A stretch of DNA of 64,000 nucleotides from Alphaproteobacteria bacterium (lineage in GTDB: Bacteria > Pseudomonadota > Alphaproteobacteria > GCA-2731375): the NCBI GenBank assembly GCA_021776235.1, contig JAJFGG010000086.1:20668-84667 (forward strand), read 5' to 3'. The notes beneath the pieces were generated by a model that saw only the letters and a list, made by a program, of their open reading frames with translations, searched no databases and was not told the DNA's origin. Shown one piece after another: positions 29,360 through 38,522 of the stretch; the stretch's first letter is position 1, and each line of letters begins with the position of its first letter. The translations under genes and the position numbers were made by a program.

Positions 29360-30916
29360 TCAGCGCCGCAGGCGGGCCTCTAAGGCGTGGCGCTGGATTT
29401 TGCCGCTGGTGCTGCGGGGAAAATCCTCCAGATCGATGAAATGGACTTCCTTGGGCAGCTTGTAGCTGGCCAGCCGGCCTTTGCAGGCCGCGAGCAGATC
29501 CTCGGCCGTCAGATCCCCGTCAGGCTGAGTGGATTGCCGGCGCGCGGCGAAGAGGACAGGCACCTCGCCCCAGCGGTCATCGGGTTTGCGTACGACCGCG
29601 GCCTCGGCCACCCGGGGATCGGCCAGAATGTATTGTTCGATCTCCGCCGGATAAATATTCTCGCCGCCGGATTTGATCATGTATTTGACCCGGTCAACAA
29701 AATCCAGGGTCCCGTCGGAATTGCGGCGAAATACATCTCCCATATGGAACCAGCCACCGCGAAAACTTTCCGCGTTGGCTTCGTCATCATTCCAATAGCC
29801 GCTGAACAGCGACGGGCCGCGAATGGCCAATTCCCCCGGTTCGCCCTGGGCGACGTCGTTGTCATTGGCGTCGACCAGACGGATTTCACAGAAATCATTC
29901 TGTCGTTTGGGCAATGACGTTGGCGCCGTGCCGATCGCGATATAGTTTGCCGTGGCGGGGGGCATGCCGGTTTCGGTCGAGCCAAAAGTATTCAGATATG
30001 GCGCATTGAGTAGCCGGGTCACCTCGGCCAATTGTTGGCGCGGCACCAGGTCGGCCATGGCGCCGATCATGCCGATGCCCTTGGGCCGTACCTTTCCCGC
30101 GCGCAGTACCTCTATGAATTCCATGATCATGCCGGGGATCAACGGCAGATAATGGATCTTCTCTGTCTTGATGGCTTCGACCAGCGCGTCGGGTTGGTAG
30201 CCGTCAACGACGATGACCTTGCCGCCCCTGAGCAGCGTTGCCAGGGCGAAATCGTTGGCCCCCATATGAAACAGCGGGGTCCAGGCCACGAAAGTATCCT
30301 TGCCCGGGGCGCCCGTTTCGGCGCCATAAATCATGCTGCGGGCGAGCATGGCGCGATGGCTGATCAGGGCGCCTTTCGGCAGGCCGGTGGTGCCGGAGGT
30401 GAAGATAATGACCAGACCGTCCTCGCCCCCCGCATGGCTTGTCTCCATTAATGGTGGCTCGGATGCGGGGGCGCCGGCCAGCGCTGCCTCGTAGTCTTGG
30501 CCGAAAACCAGTTGGTCCGGACCGGTCCGCCCGGCCCCGTTCAGGTGCGCGACATATTCGTCCTGGGTGAAGATGAACTTGGGCCCGGTCAATGCGATAC
30601 AGTGGCCTAGTTCCACCGGTGAGAGGCGCCAGTTCAAACTGACCGTAATGGCGCCAATGCCGGCGGCGGCCAGTTCCACTTCGATAAAGCAAAGACAGTT
30701 ACGCGCCAGCAGCCCAACACGATCGCCACGGCGGACGCCCCGAGCCAGCATGACGTGGGCTAGGCGGTTAACCCGTTTGTTCAACTGGCTATAGGTCAGC
30801 GTTTCATCACCGCCGGTCAGGGCGATGTCGTTGGGCCAGCGGCGGGCCTGGGCGGCGAACATCCGTCCTACATTGCCGCCGCCCGCCAGGCTGACCGGAT
30901 CAGAAGATGACATCAC
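29360..30916 (-). CDS. AMP-binding acyl-CoA synthetase
   Basis: FTSGTTGLPKG, PLFH, FGSTE, GWFHMGD, IKSGGENIYPAEIE, SGKIQR. Confidence 0.9.
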   Translation of the reverse strand: MMSSSDPVSLAGGGNVGRMFAAQARRWPNDIALTGGDETLTYSQLNKRVNRLAHVMLARGVRRGDRVGLLARNCLCFIEVELAAAGIGAITVSLNWRLSPVELGHCIALTGPKFIFTQDEYVAHLNGAGRTGPDQLVFGQDYEAALAGAPASEPPLMETSHAGGEDGLVIIFTSGTTGLPKGALISHRAMLARSMIYGAETGAPGKDTFVAWTPLFHMGANDFALATLLRGGKVIVVDGYQPDALVEAIKTEKIHYLPLIPGMIMEFIEVLRAGKVRPKGIGMIGAMADLVPRQQLAEVTRLLNAPYLNTFGSTETGMPPATANYIAIGTAPTSLPKRQNDFCEIRLVDANDNDVAQGEPGELAIRGPSLFSGYWNDDEANAESFRGGWFHMGDVFRRNSDGTLDFVDRVKYMIKSGGENIYPAEIEQYILADPRVAEAAVVRKPDDRWGEVPVLFAARRQSTQPDGDLTAEDLLAACKGRLASYKLPKEVHFIDLEDFPRSTSGKIQRHALEARLRR

Positions 30917-30928
30917 GACGCCTCGTCA

Positions 30929-31768
30929 TCAGGTGGCCTCAACCAGCGCCAGTACGCGCGCCGGGCTGCCCGATCCCTGTCTGATTTTCAAAGGCGGGGT
31001 GATCAGTACCGCGCCTTGCGGCGGCAGGGCGTCCAGATTTGTCAACGCCGGCAGGCCAAAGCGATTGTTGCCATGCATATGGTAATGACAGGGAAAGGGG
31101 ACGTTGAAGTGCTGGGCCTGGCCGGCATCCGTTCCAACCGCCTCGCAACCAAAACCAATAACGTCCCGTTCTTCGATCAGCCAGGGGATCAGATCCTCGT
31201 GCGGTCCCGGTGTATGGGCGCCATCATCGGTCATGTTCATATAAGCCACCGGGTTTTGTTTCAGGGACCAATCCGTCCGCATCAAAAGCCAGGAACGAGG
31301 CGGGATGAGGCCATGCACGGCCTCCCAATCTTCGACCGCGTCCCGGGTTAACAGAAAGTCCGGATCGGCCGCCGCCTGGGCCGAGCAATCCACCACGCAG
31401 GCATGGGCGATGAATTTTTCCACCGGGATGGTATCGGTGGCATTTTCCGGCAGATCCTTACCCGACACCCAATGAATTGGGGCGTCAAAATGGGTGCCGG
31501 TATGTTCGCCGCACGACAGGTTATTCCAGTAACAGAACGGCCCCCGGTGATCGTAGCGGGATATTTCCTCCATGCGGAACGGCCATGACTGGCCGAATTC
31601 CGGTGGCATCACGATGGTGGGCACGTCCGGTTGCAGGGTCATGGTCAAATCCACGACCCGGATACCGCCGCCCAGGATGCCGCCCAGCAATTGACCCAAC
31701 ATGCCGCCCGCCGCATTGCCGCCTGCCGTATTGCTGATTGCCGCTTTGGCGTCTTGCCCGTCAGCCAT
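30929..31768 (-). CDS. cyclase family metal-dependent hydrolase (kynurenine formamidase/isatin hydrolase-like)
   Basis: EHTGTHFDAPxHW metal motif, LxRTDWS, HTPGP, GTDAGQ, PLKIxxGSGSP. Confidence 0.88.
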   Translation of the reverse strand: MADGQDAKAAISNTAGGNAAGGMLGQLLGGILGGGIRVVDLTMTLQPDVPTIVMPPEFGQSWPFRMEEISRYDHRGPFCYWNNLSCGEHTGTHFDAPIHWVSGKDLPENATDTIPVEKFIAHACVVDCSAQAAADPDFLLTRDAVEDWEAVHGLIPPRSWLLMRTDWSLKQNPVAYMNMTDDGAHTPGPHEDLIPWLIEERDVIGFGCEAVGTDAGQAQHFNVPFPCHYHMHGNNRFGLPALTNLDALPPQGAVLITPPLKIRQGSGSPARVLALVEAT

Positions 31769-31803
31769 TTGACCGCATCCTTCCACTCGTCCCTGTTGCC
31801 GCC

Positions 31804-33045
31804 CTATAGCGTGATTTCACGTTCGATTTCCTTGGGATTTTCCACCAATCTTTGCATGATCTCTTCCGCCACCGCGCCAATGGGAACGTCTTCCCGGCCC
31901 TTTTGCAGGGCCTCGATGATCCGTCCCGCCACCATGTCCGAAGGCAGCTTTGGCGGCGGCACCATCTGGTGCCACTCATCGTCCAGCGGTCCCATGAAGG
32001 CATTGACCACCCGGATGCCGCCCGGCGATAACTCCGCGCGCAGGCATTGCGCCAGGGACCAGGCCGCGGCCTGGCTGGCCGAATAGGTTCCGAATGCGGG
32101 ATTATTGACCTGGGCATAGGCGGACAACACATTGACCCAGGCGCAGGCGCCGTGCGCCCCGTCGGCGCCCCGTGCCCGCATTGTCGGTCCAAAGTAGCCC
32201 GCCAGACGTAACAGGCCGAAATAATGGATGTCCATTTCCTCGCGCGAGAGGTTCATGTCCAGGCGATCGACGGCGCCGCCAGGGCGCGGATGATAGCTGT
32301 TATTGACCATGATCTCGACCTTGCCGCCCAGGACCGCGGCCAGCTCTTGCACGGAATCCGTATCCGTCACGTCCAGGGGAAATAGGGTAACGCCATCCAC
32401 GGCCTTGGCCGCGTCCAGAGCGGCACTTGCTTTCCAGGGCTCGGCATAGCCGACAAAGATCTCGCGCGCCCCGGCGGCCTTGAAACCTTGCGCCAGGGCC
32501 AGCCCCAGTTCGGTCTTGCCGTTGACGATCAGCACCCTGCGGTCTTTCGGGTCCATTGTCAGTTCGCGCAATTGCAAATCATCCTCCGAATTTGGTCCCG
32601 GCGTCTCCGGCCGGGCGTTCATTACCGCATGGCCGCTGCGATCAAGGTTGAGGGACAGGCGGACCCGCATGCCCTGCTGGCAGTCTTCCGCCAGATGAAC
32701 CACCACCGAGGGGCCGGCATCCATCCGCACCACGCCCAGGCGCCAGGGTAGACGATCGCGGAAAAACAGGTCGTTGGCGTGGTGCAGCCTGGTCTCGGCC
32801 AGCAGGGTGCCGCCAGGATCCAGGTCACGCCAGGGCAGATCGTCGCCCAGACAGTTTCCGCACACCTGCCGGGGCGGATACTGCGTCTGGCCGCAGGCAG
32901 TGCATATCTGCAGGGCAAAGCGGCCCACCGCGGCCATGGCGGTCAGACCCTGGGCCTCGCGGGACCGGTTGCCGGGGGGCAGGGTAGGTTGCCGTGTGCG
33001 CCGGACCGGATCTTTCTTTTTCGGTGGCGGTAAAGCTGTGGTCAT
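31804..33045 (-). CDS. DUF35 (Zn-ribbon + OB-fold) domain fused to an SDR-family domain
   Basis: N-terminal CxxC...YPPRxxCxxC and OB-fold, then a Rossmann-like region with LDVTD and YSASQAA. ATG 33045 overlaps the thiolase stop. Confidence 0.8.
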   Translation of the reverse strand: MTTALPPPKKKDPVRRTRQPTLPPGNRSREAQGLTAMAAVGRFALQICTACGQTQYPPRQVCGNCLGDDLPWRDLDPGGTLLAETRLHHANDLFFRDRLPWRLGVVRMDAGPSVVVHLAEDCQQGMRVRLSLNLDRSGHAVMNARPETPGPNSEDDLQLRELTMDPKDRRVLIVNGKTELGLALAQGFKAAGAREIFVGYAEPWKASAALDAAKAVDGVTLFPLDVTDTDSVQELAAVLGGKVEIMVNNSYHPRPGGAVDRLDMNLSREEMDIHYFGLLRLAGYFGPTMRARGADGAHGACAWVNVLSAYAQVNNPAFGTYSASQAAAWSLAQCLRAELSPGGIRVVNAFMGPLDDEWHQMVPPPKLPSDMVAGRIIEALQKGREDVPIGAVAEEIMQRLVENPKEIEREITL

Positions 33046-34238
33046 TTTTCCACCCGGCCCAAAATAGCCGCCGAACTGCAGAGCCCGCGGTCGTAATTGA
33101 TCATGCCAAAGCACGAGACCAGGCCATGGCGTGGGTCTGTCACCGCCGCGCCAAGGCAGCTATCGGTCAATTGACGGATCGCCTCGACCAGGCCCAAAGA
33201 GCCGCCCGCCGCCCCTGCCTGGCCCACGGATAATTGCCCGCCAGAAGTGTTGAAGGGAAAATCGCCGGTTGTGGTCAGGTCGTGTTGGCGGACGAAATCG
33301 GGCGCCTCGCCCTTGCCGCAAAATCCCAGATCCTCGATCTGCATGAAGCAGATGACCGGATAGTCGTCATAGGCCTCGACAAAATCTATCTCATCGGGGC
33401 CGATACCGGCCAGATCATAAAACCCGTCAACGTCCATGGCCCAGCCGCCCCGGATCTGGATGGGGTCGTCGGGGTAGGCATTGTGCCGCTCGATGGTGGA
33501 GAGGATGGAGACAAATGGCAAATCCAACGACCGCGCCCGATCCTGGGTCATTACCAGGAAGGCCTCGGCGCCGGCACAGGGCATGACGCAATCAAACAGG
33601 CACAAGGGATCGGCGATGGGCCGGGCGTCCAGGTAATCGTCCAGGCGCAGGGGCCGCTTCATCAAGGCATGGGGGTAATGCAATGCGTTATCGCGCTGGG
33701 CGATGCACAGTTTGGCGAAGTCTTCCCGGCGGGCGCCGTATTGGCGCATGTAATGATCAGTCAGAAAGGCAAAGGAGGCGTTCGGGCCGCCGGAGCCATA
33801 GGGATAGACCGCGTCGTTGGCGAATTGCGAGAAGGACGCGATGGTCTTGCGAAAGCTGTCGACGTGATTGGTATCGCCGGCAATACAGGCCACCACCTCG
33901 GCATCGCCGCTCTGGACCGCCCGTGCCGCCCGCCGCAGGGCCACCGCGCCCGAGGCGCCGCCCATGGGAATATGGTCCAGCCAGCGCGGAGAAACGCCCA
34001 GATGCTGGGTCAACCCTACGGCCGTATCGGGCGCAAGGGTGAAGGAAGAGATGCAAAAGCCATCCACCTCGTCCTTGGTAATGCCGGCCTGTTGCAGCAG
34101 AGCGGCCAGGGCCCGGCCACAGAACCAATGGGCGCTGCGCAGGGAATAGCGGCTATAGGGGATGGTAACGGGCACACAGACAGCCACGCCTTCGTAACCC
34201 ATACGCCCCAGGCGGGTTGCTTCCTGCCGGCCTGTCAT
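33042..34238 (-). CDS. thiolase-superfamily protein (SCP-x/Ltp2-like)
   Basis: GGASG at the usual Cys position, QRxNA, DCVMPCAGA, YDDY, EDLGFCxKG, NTSGGQLS. Confidence 0.85.
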   Translation of the reverse strand: MTGRQEATRLGRMGYEGVAVCVPVTIPYSRYSLRSAHWFCGRALAALLQQAGITKDEVDGFCISSFTLAPDTAVGLTQHLGVSPRWLDHIPMGGASGAVALRRAARAVQSGDAEVVACIAGDTNHVDSFRKTIASFSQFANDAVYPYGSGGPNASFAFLTDHYMRQYGARREDFAKLCIAQRDNALHYPHALMKRPLRLDDYLDARPIADPLCLFDCVMPCAGAEAFLVMTQDRARSLDLPFVSILSTIERHNAYPDDPIQIRGGWAMDVDGFYDLAGIGPDEIDFVEAYDDYPVICFMQIEDLGFCGKGEAPDFVRQHDLTTTGDFPFNTSGGQLSVGQAGAAGGSLGLVEAIRQLTDSCLGAAVTDPRHGLVSCFGMINYDRGLCSSAAILGRVEK

Positions 34239-34263
34239 ATTGACGGCAACTCCATCACCCGGC

Positions 34264-35046
34264 TCAAAGCCCCTTCGGATGGGTCATGAATTCCTCGATC
34301 ACTTCCGGCGGCGGCCGTGCATAGTCGGATGTGCGGCTGACGTGCAGGCCGGTCAACCGCCTTAGTTTCACCGCCATTTCCGCCATCTTCACCACGATCG
34401 GAATACCATTTATGATCGGGGCGCCATCGACGTTATGATTATGCTCCCGGGCAAACAGCAACATCGGTATGCCACCCCCTGGTATCAGCACATCGACGCC
34501 TTGGGCGACCAGGGGCCTAGCCTGTTCCGCGAACAGGCGCTTCACCTCCTGGAAATTCTCGTCTGAACTGAAGCCATCCAGAATTTGTCCGGGCTCGAAG
34601 GTCATGGCGTGTACCCCGGTGACCCTTTCGCGCAGGCCATATTTGCCTATTTGATGGTGAAACCAGGGGATGAAGCGCGGATTTATGGTGACGATGCCGC
34701 TCTGCTGGCCCAACTGGCAGCTATACAGCATTGAGGCTTCGCCCAAGGCGAGGACGGGAATGTCGACCGCCGAGCGCGCTTCGTACAGCCCGGCATCCTG
34801 AAAATGACCGACGATAAAAGCGTCATAGCCCTCACGCTCGGCGGTGATGGCATGGGCAATCATCTCGCGGGCGCAACGAAACTCCACCAGAGGATGGGCG
34901 TAGGAATCGAATGGCGTAATGCCGATGACTTCGACATGGGTGTCGGCATCGACGACAGCAGCCAGATGCTGGCGCAGATGATCCCAATAGGTCGCGCCAT
35001 TCTCGTAATCGACGTAGCTTTGATAGCAAATCCGGATCGGTGCCAT
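34264..35046 (-). CDS. Asp/Glu/hydantoin racemase-fold protein
   Basis: AEREGYDAxxxGHFQDxGLxEARSxVDIPV, and GxDVLIPGGG. The canonical Cys positions are substituted. Confidence 0.75.
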   Translation of the reverse strand: MAPIRICYQSYVDYENGATYWDHLRQHLAAVVDADTHVEVIGITPFDSYAHPLVEFRCAREMIAHAITAEREGYDAFIVGHFQDAGLYEARSAVDIPVLALGEASMLYSCQLGQQSGIVTINPRFIPWFHHQIGKYGLRERVTGVHAMTFEPGQILDGFSSDENFQEVKRLFAEQARPLVAQGVDVLIPGGGIPMLLFAREHNHNVDGAPIINGIPIVVKMAEMAVKLRRLTGLHVSRTSDYARPPPEVIEEFMTHPKGL

Positions 35047-35248
35047 TGCTTCCTCCCCCTATGGCAATCTTCAGGTTGCCGGCAGTGATCTACTCAACGT
35101 TAGCACAAACCCCCCGTCAGTCGATGGCGGCCGGCCTGTAAAACATCAGCTGGCATTTCTTGTCTGTCACTGCATTCGGGACGACAAGCTGCGCCCATGC
35201 TACAAACGCCAGGATGGCAGTCCGGCAAAACGGAGGGTTTTCAAAAGC

Positions 35249-36127
35249 ATGAAACCGACCACGCAATTACGGCAGCTCCTCGCCGCCGACCAACCGCTTC
35301 TCGTTCCCGGCGCCTATGACGGCGCCTCTGCCCGTGTCGTGCACGCCCTGGGCCATGCCGCCGTCTATCTGACCGGTTTCGGCATGGAGGCATCGATTCT
35401 CGGCATGCCTGATATCGGCCTTGCCTCCCAGGCCGAAATCGTCGGCCACGCGGGCCATATTGCCGCCGCCGTACCGATCCCCGTGTTGTCGGACGCGGAC
35501 ACTGGTTATGGCGGCCTGACCAACGTCCACCGCACCGTCCGCGAGTTCGAGCGCGCGGGCATAGCGGGTATTCATATAGAGGATCAGGCCCTGCCAAAGC
35601 GTTGCGGCGGCATGGCCGGGCGCAAGGTCGTTGCCACGGCCGAAATGGTGGCCCGCCTGCGGGCCGCGCAGGGCGCACGGCGCGATTCGGATTTCGTGAT
35701 CATCGCCCGCACGGATGCCAAGTCCGAGCACGGCTTGGACGCGGTGATTGAGCGTTTGAATGCCTATTTTGCCGCCGGCGCCGATCTGGCGATGATCGCC
35801 GAACCATTCGAGATCGCCGAACTGCGCCGCCTTTGCCGCGAAATCAACGGGCCTCTGGCCATGGTTGGCGGTTGCGCCGAATGGCCCGAAAGCATGCTGT
35901 CGCGTGATGAATTCGCGGAACTGGGAGTCAAACTGGTGCTTTATGCGGTTACCGGTCTTGGCGCGGCGCTGAAGGCCCAGATGATGGTTTATGGCGATCT
36001 GCTAACCAATGGGCGCCTGGGCCCGGCCAGTGAAGGCGCGTTGATGCCGTTGGAACGCCTGAGCGACCTGATGGGTTTGCCTGAATGGAACGAGATTGAG
36101 GCCTCAGCCTTGGGGAAGGCGGGCTAA
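35249..36127 (+). CDS. isocitrate lyase/PEP mutase superfamily enzyme
   Basis: PGAYD, DADTGYG, IHIEDQxxPKRCG, IIARTDA, AGAD. GGAGG RBS. Confidence 0.88.
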   Translation: MKPTTQLRQLLAADQPLLVPGAYDGASARVVHALGHAAVYLTGFGMEASILGMPDIGLASQAEIVGHAGHIAAAVPIPVLSDADTGYGGLTNVHRTVREFERAGIAGIHIEDQALPKRCGGMAGRKVVATAEMVARLRAAQGARRDSDFVIIARTDAKSEHGLDAVIERLNAYFAAGADLAMIAEPFEIAELRRLCREINGPLAMVGGCAEWPESMLSRDEFAELGVKLVLYAVTGLGAALKAQMMVYGDLLTNGRLGPASEGALMPLERLSDLMGLPEWNEIEASALGKAG

Positions 36128-36374
36128 TTCGAAGGTTCATCGGCCCGAGAGCCGGTTTTCCTGCCGGCTTGAGGGTGAAGCCATGTTGGCGCCGGTATAG
36201 TTTTGAGGCAAGGCGACCATAGCTTCGCCGTCAATGTTGAGTCTTCTTCTTCAACGGGTTAAGACTTCTGTCTGGCCCGTGGCTTCTTGCCGCCGCGCGC
36301 CGAAATGGGTACTCTGATTTCGTGTTTGCGTGCAAGGTTAACGAGGGTGTTACAAAAGCCGGGGTGTTCTCAAC

Positions 36375-38363
36375 ATGGTTTCGCAATTTCTTGGATCGAC
36401 CGTGCGCGTTGCTGCCGCCATTTTGTTTCTTGGTTTGACGAGCCTTGCTTCGAGCGCATGGGCCAATGAAGACCCTCCAACAACAGGCACGTCGATGCGC
36501 CCGGAAACCATTGTCGTGGCGCAGAGCAGTGCATCCGGAAAGGCGTCCGATGACCTCGAAAAAGACGATGATGACGACGACGACGACGATGATGATCTTC
36601 TGAAAGATGACGACGACGATGACGACGATGACGATCTGCTAAAAGATAAAGAGAGCGCGGATGCCAAGTCTGAAGGCACGGCGAGCGAAGAAGCCGTGAC
36701 GGACGCCAGCGCCGAGCACGAGTCCCTGTTTGCCGAGGCGCGTTTTCCCTCCGCCGCGACCTGCGGCACCTGCCATCCCAAGGAGTACCGTGAATGGTCG
36801 GTCTCCCAGCACGCTTATTCCCAGCTCAGCCCGGCTTATTTGTCGCTCAACAATAAGATCAATGAGTTGTCCAATGGTTCCAACGGGGACTTCTGCATCC
36901 GCTGCCACAATCAGGTTGGCGCCAATCTCGGCGAAAATTCCTTCGATTCAAATCTAAAGCGCCACCCAACCTCGCGTGAAGGCATCACCTGCGTTGTCTG
37001 CCACCGCTTGAACAAGGATTATGCCAAAGCGAGCGGGCGGCTGGCGCTGGTCGAGGGCGATCTGACCGAGGTCGTCTTTGGACCAAGCGGCAACAAGGAA
37101 ATGGAACGCGTTCTGGACAATACCCATGAATACCGGGTCGTTACGGACCCCGAAAAACCGGGACGCAAAATTCACAAGGAAGCGAAACAATTCGTCTCTC
37201 TTTCCAACCCGACATTCTGCGGCAGCTGTCATGACGTTACGCTTTTTAACGGCTTTCGGCTGGAGGAGGCATACAGCGAGTATCGTACATCGCCCGCGGC
37301 CGCACGCGGCGTAACCTGCCAAGACTGCCATATGGGTAAAATTCAGGGGGTGGAGTCCGGCTACGAATACGGTCCGGCGGCGGTGGTCGGTGGCGTGCCG
37401 ACGAAACCGCGCAAGCTTGCGAATCACTTTTTCGCCGGGCCTGATTATTCTCTGATCCCCCCGGGCATCTTCCCCCACAACATCAAAGCGCAGCAGCTGG
37501 CCAGTATCGAGGAGTGGCTGAAGTTTGATATAGCGGCGGGCTGGGGAACCGACGAGTTTGAAGACAAGATTGCCGATGATCACAAATTCCCGGAGCGTTG
37601 GGCATCGATCGATGACCGTTATGATGCCCGGGAAATCATTGGCGAGCAGCTGGAATTGCTGGAATGGGCGCGGCTAAAGCGGCTCGAGGTCTTGCGCGCC
37701 GGCTATGTTCTCGGTGACGTCGTTACCGAACGGGCCGATGCCGGCGGTATTGCCTTCAAGGTCCAGGTGAAAAATGGCACGGACGGTCACAACGTCCCCA
37801 CCGGCTTTACCGGCGAACGCCTGGTCTGGCTCGAGGTCAAGGTCAGGGACAGCAGCGGGAAGGTGGTTTTCGTCTCCGGCGACCGTGATCCTAACGGTGA
37901 TCTGCGGGATGGGCATTCTTCATACGTCCATGCGGGCGAGGCGGAGCTGGATCAGCATCTTTTGAGCCTGCAATCCTATTTTGTAACTCAGAACGCCCGT
38001 GGTGGCGAGATCGAGCATGTCATACCTATTCCGTACCCGGTAACCGCCCTGCCCCGGGTCCTGCCGTCGCCGCTCTCATTGATCTTTACCGGCGAGCCGC
38101 CGACGGAACGCAATCACAAGCGTGGTATCGAGCCGTTGGGCCAGCGCTGGGGGCATTATGAAGTCAAGGCTGACGCTATGACCGGAAAGGGTCCATACAC
38201 CGCCACGGTGAAACTTATTTCGCAACCCGCGCCGGTCAACCTTGTTATCGCCATGCAAGATGTTGGTTTCGACTTTGGTCTTACACCAGCCCAGGTCCGT
38301 GATGGTCTGGTGGCCGGGGCCCAGGTGCTTTGGGAGCGGGAGATAAAATTCGAAACTCAGTAA
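36375..38363 (+). CDS. exported multiheme (5x CxxCH) c-type cytochrome, c554-like family, with poly-Asp linker
   Basis: Signal peptide ending SAWA. CGTCH (36762), CIRCH (36894), CVVCH (36990), CGSCH (37218), CQDCH (37317). C-terminal GHNVPTG domain. Confidence 0.88.
   Translation: MVSQFLGSTVRVAAAILFLGLTSLASSAWANEDPPTTGTSMRPETIVVAQSSASGKASDDLEKDDDDDDDDDDDLLKDDDDDDDDDDLLKDKESADAKSEGTASEEAVTDASAEHESLFAEARFPSAATCGTCHPKEYREWSVSQHAYSQLSPAYLSLNNKINELSNGSNGDFCIRCHNQVGANLGENSFDSNLKRHPTSREGITCVVCHRLNKDYAKASGRLALVEGDLTEVVFGPSGNKEMERVLDNTHEYRVVTDPEKPGRKIHKEAKQFVSLSNPTFCGSCHDVTLFNGFRLEEAYSEYRTSPAAARGVTCQDCHMGKIQGVESGYEYGPAAVVGGVPTKPRKLANHFFAGPDYSLIPPGIFPHNIKAQQLASIEEWLKFDIAAGWGTDEFEDKIADDHKFPERWASIDDRYDAREIIGEQLELLEWARLKRLEVLRAGYVLGDVVTERADAGGIAFKVQVKNGTDGHNVPTGFTGERLVWLEVKVRDSSGKVVFVSGDRDPNGDLRDGHSSYVHAGEAELDQHLLSLQSYFVTQNARGGEIEHVIPIPYPVTALPRVLPSPLSLIFTGEPPTERNHKRGIEPLGQRWGHYEVKADAMTGKGPYTATVKLISQPAPVNLVIAMQDVGFDFGLTPAQVRDGLVAGAQVLWEREIKFETQ
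36549..36650 (+). repeat. low-complexity GAC/GAT repeat encoding D11-LLK-D10-LLK
   Basis: Translation DDLEKDDDDDDDDDDDLLKDDDDDDDDDDLLKDK, with mixed synonymous codons. Confidence 0.9.
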
Positions 38364-38522
38364 CCTGTTTGTCAGGCAATGTTTCAGTTTCGTGATGGCA
38401 TCAGTGAAATGGGCGGATTTCCCCTGGTCGATCAAGCCGGGCCGGAGATTAGCCCAACAAAAGTCAACCTACCCCTACTTCCTCATTGCGGGGAGGAGGA
38501 GCAGCGACAGGGAACTAAAAGT

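Noticed and set aside
36350-36781. poly-Ser ORF on the minus strand
   Set aside because: Simply the reverse reading of the poly-Asp codons of the cytochrome.
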